The notes under the pieces: generated by a model
What the model saw: only the letters and a program-made list of their open reading frames with translations
Told to the model about the DNA's origin: nothing
The model's database searches: none
DNA from: Eledone cirrhosa
Lineage: Eukaryota
NCBI GenBank assembly: GCA_964016885.1
Contig: OZ024754.1
Coordinates: forward strand, 5,084,001-5,148,000
Direction of reading: 5' to 3'
DNA length: 64,000 nucleotides
Shown: piece by piece, positions 42,621-55,131 of the stretch
How the letters are laid out: every line of letters starts with the position of its first letter
How positions within the stretch are numbered: position 1 is the first letter of the stretch
Program-made: the position numbers and the translations under genes

Positions 42621-43128
42621 TTCTAATAATGAGAAAGTTAGTTGTAGTACTAAATACCTCTAGATTACTTTGAATATTTTCAAATGTATTTGAAAATCAT
42701 CAGGCAGTGTATTTTATTAGAAATATGGTAATGAAAGAGTGGGGAAGGATGTCGTCTCTAGCACCAACATTGGTTGTGCAGTTTCAAAACGGCATAAAGA
42801 AGTAGATATATCTGTCTGTCTTTGTTGGAGAGATACCAGGATTTTTTTATAGCACTTTGCCCTCCCTACATCTCTTATCTCTTGTGCACATCACGTCAGC
42901 TCTGCTGTGGTTCTTCAGAGCGTGTGAGAGAAAGACGAGACTCTGCTCTGCTGTGGTTCTTCAGAGCGTGTGAGAGAAAGATGAGATGATTGTGTGGTTA
43001 GAAGAACGATGTCCTCAATTGAAAGTCATTTCTGTCACTTGTATCTTTGGCACTGATTATCTTCTTGTGAAAAATGCTTTTAGGAAGAAAACATCAAATG
43101 TTTGGGCTATTCTGAAAACACACATCCA

Positions 43129-43160
<32 letters not shown>

Positions 43161-43181
43161 CCTCTCTCTCTCCCTCTCTCT

Positions 43182-43213
<32 letters not shown>

Positions 43214-43943
43214 CCCTCTCTCTCTCCCTCTCTCCCTCTCTCTCTCGCTCATACATACATTGTGTGTGTGTAGATATAATTATAAAAAGATATATAATAG
43301 TGCAGTCAAGCTTAAACTTCTATGGCAAAACACACACACACTCACACACATGATGGACTTCTGTGCAGTTCCTGCCTACCAAATTCCAGTCTCTTAGTAT
43401 TGGTTCAGTGTGATGGAATGAAATGGAACCTATCCATGCATGGTTGCACAGAAAACTCCTTAACCACGCTGGCATCTCTGCACATGTATGTTTATATGTC
43501 TATGTATATAAGTGTCTCTGTAAACACTCTCTACACCAGTCATGCGTAAACTGTGACCCTTGAACCACATGTGGGCCATTTGGCTTTCTGAATGGCGCAC
43601 TAAATTTCAAAATTGCCTTGAATGTTTTAGTAGTGAGGCCTACATTATGATAAGCCACATCCTATGTGGCTCACTACTTGAAAAAGGGTTACCCATGCTT
43701 GCCCTAGACATATATATACACACATGCATTAATTCCAAACTCTACTTATTAAACCTCGTTTGGTCATTCCATGAGAGTATCTTGGTCAGCCTATGGCTTT
43801 TTCAGCCAACCCTTGTGTAAGGACATCCAGCTGTAGAAACCAAGCCAAAATCAGTTCTAGCATTGACCTAGCATTGCCCATAACAGGACAACTTGTCTAA
43901 CCCATGCTAGCATGGAAGAATGGACTTAAAATAGTGATGCTAA

Positions 43944-44025
<82 letters not shown>

Positions 44026-44030
44026 ATATA

Positions 44031-44192
44031 GGAACGAGTAGGACCCCGACGGCTGAGCTCAAGCCGTTTTGACGGCTAATTCTGGACTAAATTTTAGTCC
44101 AGAATTAGCCGTCGAAACTCTATTACCCTAAGTATTGAGTACTTTGGTGCGTTATGGTCCACCTGGTTCCTTACCACATTTCCTTCGTTATA
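44031..44192. mobile_element. Half-hammerhead family copy inverted at a 20-bp hairpin
   Basis: GACGGCTAATTCTGGACTAA-ATT-TTAGTCCAGAATTAGCCGTC (44071-44113), then GAAAC. The left part is in minus orientation and the right part in plus. Confidence 0.8.
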
Positions 44193-44387
44193 TATATATG
44201 TCCTGGTGGAAGGAAGACTCAGTAGAGATATACCACAAAAAACATGGGCAGAGGTGGTGAGAGCTGACCTCAGACCACAGACCACAGAGGAGATGATGAG
44301 GGACCATGACGAATGGAGAGATGCTGTGCTGAAGAGGATCCACTCCACCCTTGCAAGCAGGGAAAAGCGGACGTAAAATGATGATGA

Positions 44388-44437
<50 letters not shown>

Positions 44438-45453
44438 GTTTGTGTGTGGTGTGTAATGAATATATACAACCAAGCACTTTACAAATTGTTCATCTACCCA
44501 TCTCTCTCTCTCTCTCTCTCTCTGTAAACAGGAAGATAAGTTTTAGAGAATGTTCTTCTCTGCCCCACCCCTGTCTCGTATTTTGCTGGGTGGGTGTTTT
44601 GTTCATATTTTGAAGGGTTTTTATTTTCTACAACTGAAAAAAGTGTGAAGCTGATAGTAAATCTGTTAGGTATCAACATCAAAGACATTCCCCTGTTGCA
44701 CTCTCTGCTAACACCCCCGCCCCGCCCCGCCTCCTGTTGCACCCCCTGCAAACACCCCTACCCCATCCCCTGTTGCACTCTCTGCTAACACCCATACTCC
44801 ACCCCACCCTCTATCACACCCCTTCTCCCCCCCCACAGTCCCCTCACTCTACTGTTTGTAGTTAGAATGTGTGAATGAGACAGACAGAGAGAAAAAAAGG
44901 ACAGTTAAGCGCTATATGTAGATATTGGTCTTAAGATGAGTTATTGTTTCATAACAACTACACTCTCTCTCTCTCACACACGCACACACTCTGTCTCACT
45001 CTCTCTCTATCTGTCTCTATTTATCTCTATCTTACTCTCTTTGTCTCCCTCCTGTGACTCTAACACTTGCTCACTCCATCTTTCTCTCTCACTTACTCAC
45101 TCTCTCTCTCTCTCTCTCCCACTTGCTCACTCTCTCTCTCTCTCTATCTATCTCTGTCTTATTCTGTCTTACTCTCTTTGTCTCCCTGTCTGTAACTCTA
45201 ACACGTGTTCATTCTCTCTCTCTCTCTCTTACACTTGGTCACTCTCTCTCTACTCTCTTACACTTGGTCACTCTCTCTCTACTCTCTTACACTTGGTCAC
45301 TCTCTCTCTACTCTCTCACTCTGTTTCTCTCTCACTTGCTCACCCTCTCTGCCTAGTTAGCCTTAAAGGTAGCACTGATCCGGGAATTGTCCCACTTGAG
45401 GCAAGATTGGTCGTCTCACTCGTATAGGACTGTCTGGCAGCTTTTCTACAGCG

Positions 45454-45488
<35 letters not shown>

Positions 45489-45622
45489 TCGAAAGGGTAT
45501 TTAATTTGTTGGAAGTCCGACAAATATAAATGTTTATAACTGATTTAGAGCACTCAACAGTTTACTGGAGTAAATATTCAATGATATTAAATAAATGGAA
45601 ACTATATTTATAAAACCATATT

Positions 45623-45686
45623 TATTCTATTATATATCTTTCAAGGGTACCAAGACAACATTGGTACGCTTTCATCAGATAAAATA
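45623..45686 (-). ncRNA. Minimal type I hammerhead motif (inverted copy)
   Basis: Exact mirror of 45830-45893. Confidence 0.75.
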
Positions 45687-45829
45687 CAAAGTTTGTTTTA
45701 TAAATAGAGACGTACCCAGGAAAATCATACCTTATCGGTTGGAAATTTACTAGATAGACTATACAGTGAATTTCAAACCGATAAGGTATGATTTTCATGG
45801 GTACGTCTCTATTTATAAAACAAACTTTG

Positions 45830-45893
45830 TATTTTATCTGATGAAAGCGTACCAATGTTGTCTTGGTACCCTTGAAAGATATATAATAGAATA
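45830..45893 (+). ncRNA. Minimal type I hammerhead ribozyme motif
   Basis: TATTTTAT-CTGATGA(45838)-AAGCGTACCAA-TGTTGTC-TTGGTACCCTT-GAAA(45874)-GATATA-TA-ATAGAATA, with an 8-bp stem I including one G-U pair. Confidence 0.78.
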
Positions 45894-45927
45894 AATATAG
45901 TTTCCATTTATTTAATATCATTGTATG

Positions 45928-45992
<65 letters not shown>

Positions 45993-46294
45993 CCAGGATA
46001 TGTACATTACCCTCAGCTGGGATTGAACTCTGGAATTCATACAAAAGCCTACCAACTGGTGTGTAAAACCACAACCAACTCTAGCCACAGCCTATATAGC
46101 TGTAAAATCAATTAGCATCTAATAATTATATATTTGCATGTGTCTGTAATATATATGTTTATACTTATATATATATATATATATATATACATCATCATCA
46201 TCATCATCATCACCACACGTCCGCTTTTCCCTGCTTGCAAGGGTGGGACATACATACATATATACATGTATTCATATATACATACATACATACA

Positions 46295-46327
<33 letters not shown>

Positions 46328-46757
46328 GCATATGTATGTATATATATATGTATATACACACACATGTTTATATGTTTATATATATATATATATATAGTGT
46401 GTGTGTGTGGAGATAATTTCCTTCACTGGTCTTCTCTCATTTCCTCTCTCTCCTTTCCTCTCTCTCCTTCTCTCACCTCTCTCTCCTTCTCTCACCTCTC
46501 TCTCCTTCTCTCACCTCTCTCTCATCTTTTTCTTTTCTTCATCACTTAAATAAACCTCACCAATGTGTGTACATGTAAATGCACATGTATGTGTGCATAT
46601 GTGTACATGTAAATGTATGTGTGTGTCCATGTAAGTGTATGTATGTATGTGTATGTGTGTACATGTATCTGTGTATGCGTGTGTAAGAGGAATGAGGTGA
46701 AGAGTGTGTTTGAAATTATAATTTAAGAAAAAAACTTGAAATTCTTGTAATAGCCAT

Positions 46758-47387
46758 GATGTTGTTGTTGCTGTGGTTGTTGTTGTTGTTGTTGTTGTTG
46801 CTGTTGTTGTTGTTACTGCTGTAGTTGTTGTTACTGCTGCTGATGTTGCTGTAGTTGTTGTTACTGCTGCTGTTGTTGCTGTAGTTGTTGTTACTGCTGC
46901 TGTTGTTGCTGTAGTTGTTACTGCTGCTGCTGATGTTGCTGTAGTTGTTGTTACTGCTGCTGCTGTTGTTGCTGCTGCTGATGTTGCTGTAGTTGTTGTT
47001 ACTGCTGCTGCTGTTGTTGCTGCTGCTGATGTTGCTGTAGTTGTTGTTACTGCTGCTGATGTTGCTGTAGTTGTTGTTACTGCTGCTGATGTTGCTGTAG
47101 TTGTTGTTACTGCTGCTGCTGATGTTGTTGCTGTAGTTGTTGTTACTGCTGCTGTTGTTGTAGCTGTTACTGCTGCTGATGTTGCTGTAGTTGTTGTTAC
47201 TGCTGCTGTTGTTGCTGTAGTTGTTGTTACTGCTGCTGTTGTTGCTGTAGTTGTTGTTACTGCTGCTGTTGTTGCTGTAGTTGTTGTTACTGCTGCTGTT
47301 GTTGCTGTAGTTGTTGTTGCTGCAGTTGTTGTTGTTACTGCTGCTGATGTTGCTCCAGTTGTTGCTGCTGCAGTTGTTGTTGCTGCA
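46758..47387. repeat. (GTT/GCT) field with a ~30-bp higher-order period
   Basis: GTTGCTGTAGTTGTTGTTACTGCTGCTG(A/T)T units. Confidence 0.95.
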
Positions 47388-47500
47388 TTATTATTTCTAC
47401 AGAGAAACTTACCTTCATGCACCAATGCATTTCTTTACAGTTTGCTCCTAATTAAAATTTGCTACTTTCTCTCTCTCTCTCTCTCTATCCTCTCCCTTTC

Positions 47501-47537
<37 letters not shown>

Positions 47538-47580
47538 GTATATACTGCTCTTTCTGAATGCAGTTTCTTATCCTTCTGAC

Positions 47581-47614
<34 letters not shown>

Positions 47615-48012
47615 TGTGTGTGTATATAGAGATACGTATACACACAATCCTAAATACATACGTACATTCATCATCCTATATGTATTTCATTCCAGTGTAA
47701 GATAAATAAGAATTTGAGTGTGTGCCTGTGTGAATATCAGGGTATGTGTGTCTGTGTCTGAGTGTGTGTGTGTGTGTATGTCTGTGTGTGTGAATATCAG
47801 GGTATGTGTGTCTGTGTCTGAGTGTGTGTATGTCTGTGTGTGTGTGAATATCAGTGTATGTATGTGTATGTGTGTGTGTGTGTGGCCAGTTATTTAAAAT
47901 TGTAGCATAATTAGAATTCTGGTGTAAAGGTGTCAAAATTTTAATTAGGAGTCAGCATGTGTGTATATATACACACACACACATATATATACACACACAC
48001 ACATACATACAT

Positions 48013-48055
<43 letters not shown>

Positions 48056-48191
48056 CATACACACAAACACACAAACACACACATATATATACACTGTATA
48101 TACATCTATATCGATATGTGCACTATCTATATGTATATATACATATCAGTTGTATGTTGATGAGTATTGTGCTTGAATGCACCTCAGATAT

Positions 48192-48226
<35 letters not shown>

Positions 48227-48248
48227 TCTCTTTCTCTCCTTCTCCCCT

Positions 48249-48282
<34 letters not shown>

Positions 48283-48328
48283 ATATGAAACCATGTATAT
48301 ATATATTTACAGCCTTTCTCTCTCACCA

Positions 48329-48374
<46 letters not shown>

Positions 48375-48381
<7 letters not shown>

Positions 48382-48505
48382 AAGGAATTGTGGTAAGGAA
48401 CCAGAGTACTCAATACTTAGAGTAGTAGAGTGGGGAAATAGGAAAAATTTAGTCCAGAAATAGCCGTCGAAACGGCTTGAGCTCTGCCGCCGGGGTCATA
48501 CTTGT

Positions 48506-48510
<5 letters not shown>
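48375..48510. mobile_element. Half-hammerhead family copy with an internal inversion
   Basis: Tail in minus orientation, then TTTAGTCCAGAAATAGCCGTCGAAACGGCTTGAGCTCTGCCGCCGGGGTC in plus. Confidence 0.75.
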
Positions 48511-48544
<34 letters not shown>

Positions 48545-48741
48545 GTATGTATGTATATAATTAATGGTGTAAACCCTAATCAAGGAACTTGGGGTTATAT
48601 ATTGTTATATTCTTCTTTAAAGATATATTAAACAAGATCTTTTTCCTACACTTTGCTGAAAAACCTTAAAAATATATAACTTACAGACAAAAGCTTTTTA
48701 TTTGTGTGTCTGTAGGTTAGGCAGTGTGTGTTCTGTGTATA

Positions 48742-49045
48742 TGAAAGTATTAAGTTCTGTGTATGTATGTGTGTGTGTGAAAGTATTAAGTTGTGTGTCT
48801 GTGAAGGTATTAAGTTGTGTGTGTGTGTGTGAAAGTATTAAGTTGTGTGTCTGTGAAGGTATTAAGTTGTGTGTGTGTGTGTGTGAAAGTATTAAGTTGT
48901 GTGTGTGTGTGTGAAAGTATTAAGTTGTGTGTCTGTGAACGTATTAAGTTGTGTGTGTGTGAAAGTATTAAGTTGTGTGTGTGTGTGTGTGTGTGAAAGT
49001 ATTAAGTTGTGTGTGTGTGAAAGTATTAAGTTGTGTGTGTGTGTT
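48742..49045. repeat. GAAAGTATTAAGTT anchor with variable (GT)n, about 11 copies
   Basis: Direct reading. Confidence 0.95.
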
Positions 49046-49552
49046 ATTCTTGGAGAGAGAGTATCTGTGTGTAGAGAGGGACAATGCGTGTGTGACAGAA
49101 TTAGTTGTGGGAGCCTGTATGTGTTTGTGGATGTGTGAGAGAGAGGGAGAGAGTTAGTCTTGGAGAGAGCATAGGAGGAAGAGAGAGACAAAAAAATATG
49201 TGTGTGTAAATGTGTAGAATGTGTGTGTGTGTGTGTGATAGAATTAGTTGTGGGAGTCTGCGTATCTGTGTGTATGAGAGAGAAAGAGAATGTATGTATG
49301 TGTGTGTGGAATTTTTTAATTATTAAAAATGCTACTTTTGTAAAAAAAAAAGCCAAATAAATAAATAAATAAAATTATTGAATTAAAAAAAAATGTAAAA
49401 AAAAATAACAAAATATGATTAAAAAAATCAAAAAAAATCTGTCCCTAATTAGGTCAAAAGAAACAGAAATCTGAAGACATTGCTTCCACCATTTCTACAG
49501 ATGGCTGTGGGCCTTTCTCCAATTTCTTGCTCCAGCTTCTGGCAGTCAACAT

Positions 49553-50300
49553 CTGTATGTGTGTGTATGAGTGTCTGTGTGTGTGTGTGTGTGTGTGGGT
49601 GTGTGTGTGGATGAGTGTCTGTGTGTGTCTGTATGAGTGTGTGTCTTTGTGTCTGTGTGTCTGTATGAGTCTATGTGTGTGTGTGTATGAGTGTCTGTGT
49701 GTGTGTGTGTGTGTGTGTGGGGGTGTCTGTGGGTGTGTGTGTGTCTGTCTTTGTGTCTCTGTGTGGATGAGTGTCTGTGTGTGTCTGTATGAGTGTGTGT
49801 CTTTGTATCTGTGTGTCTGTATGAGTCTATGTGTGTGTGTGTATGAGTGTCTGTGTGTGTATGAGTATGTGTGTGTGTGTCTGTATGAGTCTGTTTCTGT
49901 GTGTGTCTTTGTGTCTGTGTGGGTGTATGAGTGTCTGTGTGTATGAGTATGTGTGTGTGTCTGTATGAGTCTGTTTCTGTGTGTGTCTTTGTGTCTGTGT
50001 GGGTGTATGAGTGTCTGTGTGTATGAGTATGTGTGTGTGTCTGTATGAGTCTGTTTCTGTGTGTGTCTTTGTGTCTGTGTGGGTGTATGAGTGTCTGTGT
50101 GTATGAGTATGTGTGTGTGTCTGTATGAGTCTGTTTCTGTGTGTGTCTTTGTGTCTGTGTGGGTGTATGAGTGTCTGTGTGTATGAGTATGTGTGTGTGT
50201 CTGTATGAGTCTGTTTCTGTGTGTGTCTTTGTGTCTGTGTGGGTGTATGAGTGTCTGTGTGTATGAGTATGTGTGTGTGTCTGTATGAGTCTGTGTCTGG
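49553..50300. repeat. GT-derived minisatellite, exact 80-bp unit x5 (49881-50290)
   Basis: Units start at 49881, 49961, 50041, 50121 and 50201. Confidence 0.95.
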
Positions 50301-50693
50301 GTGTGTGGGTACGTGTATGCTTGTGTGCGGCTGTATATAGTGAGTCGACATGTATATCAGTGTGTATATGTATGTATGTATTGTATTGTATGTGTGTATG
50401 TATGTATATGTGTGTGTTTTCCTTAGATGTCTTAATGAGTGTATTACAAAGATCCATGAATAGAAATATATTATTGTGGTGGTGGTGGTGTGGTAGTGGA
50501 GGTGGTGGTGTTGTGGTGGTGGTGATGGTGTGGTAGTGGAGGTGGTGGTGTGGTAGTGGAGGTGGTGGTGTTGTGGTGTGGTGGTGGTGATGGTGTGTAT
50601 TTTGTTGCCCTGCATATTATTCTTTCCCTCCCCCCTACACTAATTCCTCCTCCCCCACAACACCCCTCTATGTCCACAAATCTCCAGTCATGG

Positions 50694-50732
<39 letters not shown>

Positions 50733-50839
50733 CTATGTGTTTGTTTAAATACATGTACTTTAAATAACTTCAGACACAGATACATATATACATTCATATA
50801 AATATATATTTTCTTCTGTTCATACACGTGTGTGTGCGT

Positions 50840-51606
50840 GTTTATATATATATATACATATTTGTGTGTCTGTGTGTTTATATATATATACATATTTGTG
50901 TGTGTTTGTGTTTATATATATATACATATTTGTGTGTGTTTGTGTTTATATATATATACATATTTGTGTGTGTGCTTATATATATATACATATGTGTGTG
51001 TGTCCTTATATATATATACATATTTGTGTGTGTTTGTGTTTATTTATATATACATATTTGTGTGTGTGCTTATATATATATACATATGTGTGTGTGTGCT
51101 TATATATATATATACATATTTGTGTGTCTGTGTGTCTATATATATATATACATATTTGTGTGTGTGCTTATATATATATACATATGTGTGTGTGTCCTTA
51201 TATATATATACATATTTGTGTGTGTTTGTGTTTATATATATATACATATTTGTGTGTGTTTGTGTTTATATATATATACATATTTGTGTGTGTGCTTATA
51301 TATATATACATATGTGTGTGTGTCCTTATATATATATACATATTTGTGTGTGTTTGTGTTTATTTATATATACATATTTGTGTGTGTGCTTATATATATA
51401 TACATATGTGTGTGTGTCCTTATATATATATACATATTTGTGTGTGTTTGTGTTTATATATATATACATATGTGTGTGTGTGCTTATATATATATATACA
51501 TATTTGTGTGTCTGTGTGTCTATATATATATATACATATTTGTGTGTGTGTGTGTTTATATATATATATATACATATTTGTGTGTGTGCTTATATATATA
51601 TACATA
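50840..51606. repeat. ~30-bp compound (TA)/(TG) minisatellite
   Basis: TATATATACATATTTGTGTGTGT... repeated about 24 times. Confidence 0.9.
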
Positions 51607-51754
51607 TGTAAGAGACTATTTTGAGTTCCTAACTCAATATATACCTTTGATATATTCGGCTCCGTTAATTTGTTGAGCTATTTCAAATGACGAATAAACC
51701 TGGCTGCTATTTTTAGCTGTGTGGGTTTGTGAGATGTGCTAGGACACCATGTGC

Positions 51755-51901
51755 GCTATTATAGTTACGGCCCTTGCCATTCTGAGTTCAAATCCCGCTG
51801 AGGTTAACTTTGCCTTTCATCCTTATGGGGTCTATAAAATAAAGTACCAGTAATACACTGGGGTATTGCTGGCCTTGTGCCAAAAGTAGAAACAATTATT
51901 A
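51755..51901 (+). mobile_element. SINE family A, 5'-truncated
   Basis: CTGAGTTCAAATCCCGCTGAGGTTAACTTTGCCTTTCATCC...GTAGAAACAATTATT. Confidence 0.9.
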
Positions 51902-51949
51902 TATATGGCACACTGTTCAGTTTCTTAATATACTTAGAAGTGTCTAGGA

Positions 51950-52041
51950 TACTAATTCATCACCCACTGATGAGCTTAAATTGGTAATTCTATTCACAAT
52001 TAACTTTGCGAAACAACACCAAGTTGTCTGGGTGATTGGTA
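51950..52041 (+). ncRNA. Canonical type I hammerhead ribozyme
   Basis: Stem I ATCACCCA(51959)/TGGGTGAT(52029), extendable past a bulge. CTGATGA 51967-51973. Stem II closed by G-C and C-G. GAAA 52010-52013. Stem III CAAC-ACCAA-GTTG. GUC cleavage after 52028. Confidence 0.9.
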
Positions 52042-52312
52042 GTTACCACAATTCTTGTTTGTATTTATTTTCTTGATTTTTTTCTTAAATTGAGACAAGC
52101 AAACCCTATTGTATTCTTTTCATCTTAGCGAATCAGGTCCCTTACAATTTGAACACATATAAGTATATGTCTGTGTTCGTTATTCTTTTATATTCTATTA
52201 TAATATACGGCTCGGAAATATCTCTTTCTTAGAGCTATTTTGTTGTAAGAGACTATTTTGAGTTCCTAACTCAATATATACCTTTGATATATATATTATA
52301 TATATATATATA

Positions 52313-52585
52313 TCATCATCATCATCATCATCACCGTTTTACGTCCGTTCTTCCACGCTAGCATGGGTTAGACGGGTTGTCCTGTTGTGGGCAGTGTCTG
52401 GTCAGCTGACCATGCCTTGCTCATACAGGAACTGATCTGGCTTGATTTCTACAGCTGGATGCCCTTCCTAACACCAACCTCATTTACAGTGAGTGCTGGG
52501 TGCTTTTTCGTGGCGCCTACAGGTCCACTTTACAGTGTGGGCTGGGTGCTTTTTTGCCGTGGCACCTCCACTACCACCTTGCGGT
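52313..52585 (-). mobile_element. SINE family B-related 3' portion
   Basis: TTTCTACAGCTGGATGCCCTTCCTAACACCAACCTCATTTACAGTG and a (CAT)n tail. Confidence 0.8.
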
Positions 52586-52879
52586 GGGGGGAGTGGGGGC
52601 ATATTGTTTATATGCTTCAGCATGTACCCATGGGAGGTCGGGTACCCTGTATTATTGCGTGACGCCAGAAGTCACGGTCGTGATATATATATATATATAT
52701 ATTTGTGTGTGTATGTATATATCAGCTTTACACACAAACAAGTAACCATAAAAGTATGTTTATTTATGAACACAGACAAGCAGTCAGCATGTTAATAAAT
52801 ATTATACACACAATCATTGGTGTATATATATATGTTAACATATGCCTTATGCCTTCACTGTTGTACTCTACACGTTTCA

Positions 52880-52910
<31 letters not shown>

Positions 52911-53219
52911 TTACATATATACACACACACACGTCTGCATGCATACACACACATATATATATATATATGTATATATGTGTGTTTGTGTGTTTATATATAT
53001 TTTTTTTCTTTTCTTTTTCTCCCTCATGGCCTTTCGATAGATAAAAGGCTATGGGCGTGCTACGGATAGATGTATAGTTAATAATGCACCGAAACATCCG
53101 CAACCCATAGTTAACTACTGATGAGGGTAGACTGTCCACCTCTTGATTGTGTCCCCTTACTTTCTAACACCCGTTATCAGTAACCACACAGTTCTCTTCT
53201 CATCTCTCTCTCTATATAT

Positions 53220-53285
<66 letters not shown>

Positions 53286-53607
53286 ATATGGCCAGTTTAA
53301 ATGCTAAGGGGTTAAAATGAGCAGTTTTGTATCATAGAATTAGGGGCAGAATCAGTATATTTCATAGAAGATGTTTTAATCGGTCAGGTTAAAGGCATTA
53401 TTCAACATTCCATTTGCTTGCTCCAACATTTTTGTCACAATGCATCACTGAAACACGTGTATGATAGTGTGGGTATGTGTTTTGCTCTTTTATTCTGTCC
53501 TGGTTGTAGTTATTCATTAGAATGCAGCCTTGCTGGAGCAACACTTTAAAGATGGTCATAAAGGCCCTAGTACCGATTTTATTTTCATTTTTTTTTTTTT
53601 TTTTTTG

Positions 53608-53733
53608 CCCTTGCCATTCTGAGTTCAAATCCCACCAAGGTTAACTTCGCCTTTCATCCTTACAGGTTCGATTAAATAAAGTACCAGTAATACACTGGGT
53701 AATTGCTGGCCTTGTGCCAAAAGTAGAAACAAT
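53608..53733 (+). mobile_element. SINE family A fragment
   Basis: Family motifs. Confidence 0.85.
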
Positions 53734-54370
53734 TTTTCTTTTGTTCTCATGTCTGATACTTGTTTTATCTAACTCCTCTTGTCGAACCACTAAGTTCCAG
53801 TATATAAATACAACTACATACACACACATACATACAAACACATATACACATACATAGACACATATACATATGTGTACATACATATATATATATATATGTA
53901 TGACCATCTATCTATCTGTGCATTTCTTTGTACTTGTGTGTGTGTATATATATGCATGTGTGTGTATATATATATGTGTGTATGTGTGTATATATATATG
54001 CGTGTATGTAATCTGTAAGTCTTTTGTGTATATAATCTTCTTTATACGAAAAAAAAAATAGGAAAGAGAAACTAAACAAAACACACAAAAAAACATTAAA
54101 TCAATCCAGGAAAACTCAGGAAAATTTTTTTAAAAACTCAACTTTTTACCCCATTCCTCCCTCACATTTCTCTCTCTATCCCTTTCTCTCTCTATCCCTT
54201 TCTCTCTCTATCCCTTTCTCTCTCTCTCCCTCTCTCCCTTTCTCTATCTCTCTCCCTTTCTCTCTCATCCTTTCTCTCTCACATCCCTCTCCCTTTCTCT
54301 CTCACATCCCTCTCCCTTTCTCTCTCATCATTTCTCTCACCTCCCTCTCCCCCAACTCTATCTCCCATTC

Positions 54371-54438
<68 letters not shown>

Positions 54439-55074
54439 CTGGTGGGTTTAAAAGCTCTTAGTACAGTATTGTTGTTGTTCTTAATTTTATTTTCTCTTTG
54501 AATCTGACCATCAATTGTTAACACACACACACACACACAGGCACACACACACACCACACACACATGCAGGCAGACACACACAGGCACACAGAGCGTCACA
54601 TAATTACATTCAATCTTTTGATCACACAGACACACACACACACACACACACATACACAGACAAAATCACGTATAGACACATAGTCATACAAACACACAAA
54701 CACATAGACACTTAGTCACACAGACACAAACACACACACATAATAACAGAAAGTTTTTTGGTTGTACTTCAAGAAATATTTCTCTGATTCCTTTTGATTT
54801 TCTTCAAATCACTTCCATGTTGGAGTTTTTTGACTCTGGCACATTTTTTTGTTGTCTTCCATATTTCTTTCTTTTTTTTTTTTTACTTTTTCTTTTGTTA
54901 TGTTCTTTTCTTTCTTTAATACCATTTTTTTTTTACTACAATTCAATCTGTCTACCTATCTCTATCTATTTATCTATCTCTATATCAATCTATATACATA
55001 CCTCTACCTATCTATATATTTACATCTCTATTTATCTGTCTAACTAACTACCTATCTATCTTACTATCTATCTA

Positions 55075-55131
<57 letters not shown>

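Larger units (their letters stand above)
45579..45923. repeat. Long foldback palindrome (~160-170-bp arms)
   Basis: 45579-45751 versus 45765-45923, with a few mismatches and a 14-bp indel. Confidence 0.95.
51607..52292 (+). mobile_element. Hammerhead-bearing element with a 49-bp terminal direct repeat (Penelope pLTR or retrozyme-like)
   Basis: TGTAAGAGACTATTTTGAGTTCCTAACTCAATATATACCTTTGATATAT is identical at 51607-51655 and 52244-52292. Contains a hammerhead and a SINE-A insertion. Confidence 0.7.

Noticed and set aside
47405-47460. Minus-strand donor AAG|GTAAGT
   Set aside because: No credible upstream acceptor or reading frame. An isolated match is expected by chance.
49501-49554. Possible 54-nt exon (CAG|ATGGCT...TCT|GTATGT)
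   Set aside because: The donor derives from a GT microsatellite edge, there is no recognisable protein similarity and no partner exons were found.
53047-53184. Hairpins with GAAAC (53091) and CTGATGAG (53118)
   Set aside because: The core halves are in the wrong order or lack partners. Possibly a decayed pLTR, but it does not fold as a hammerhead.
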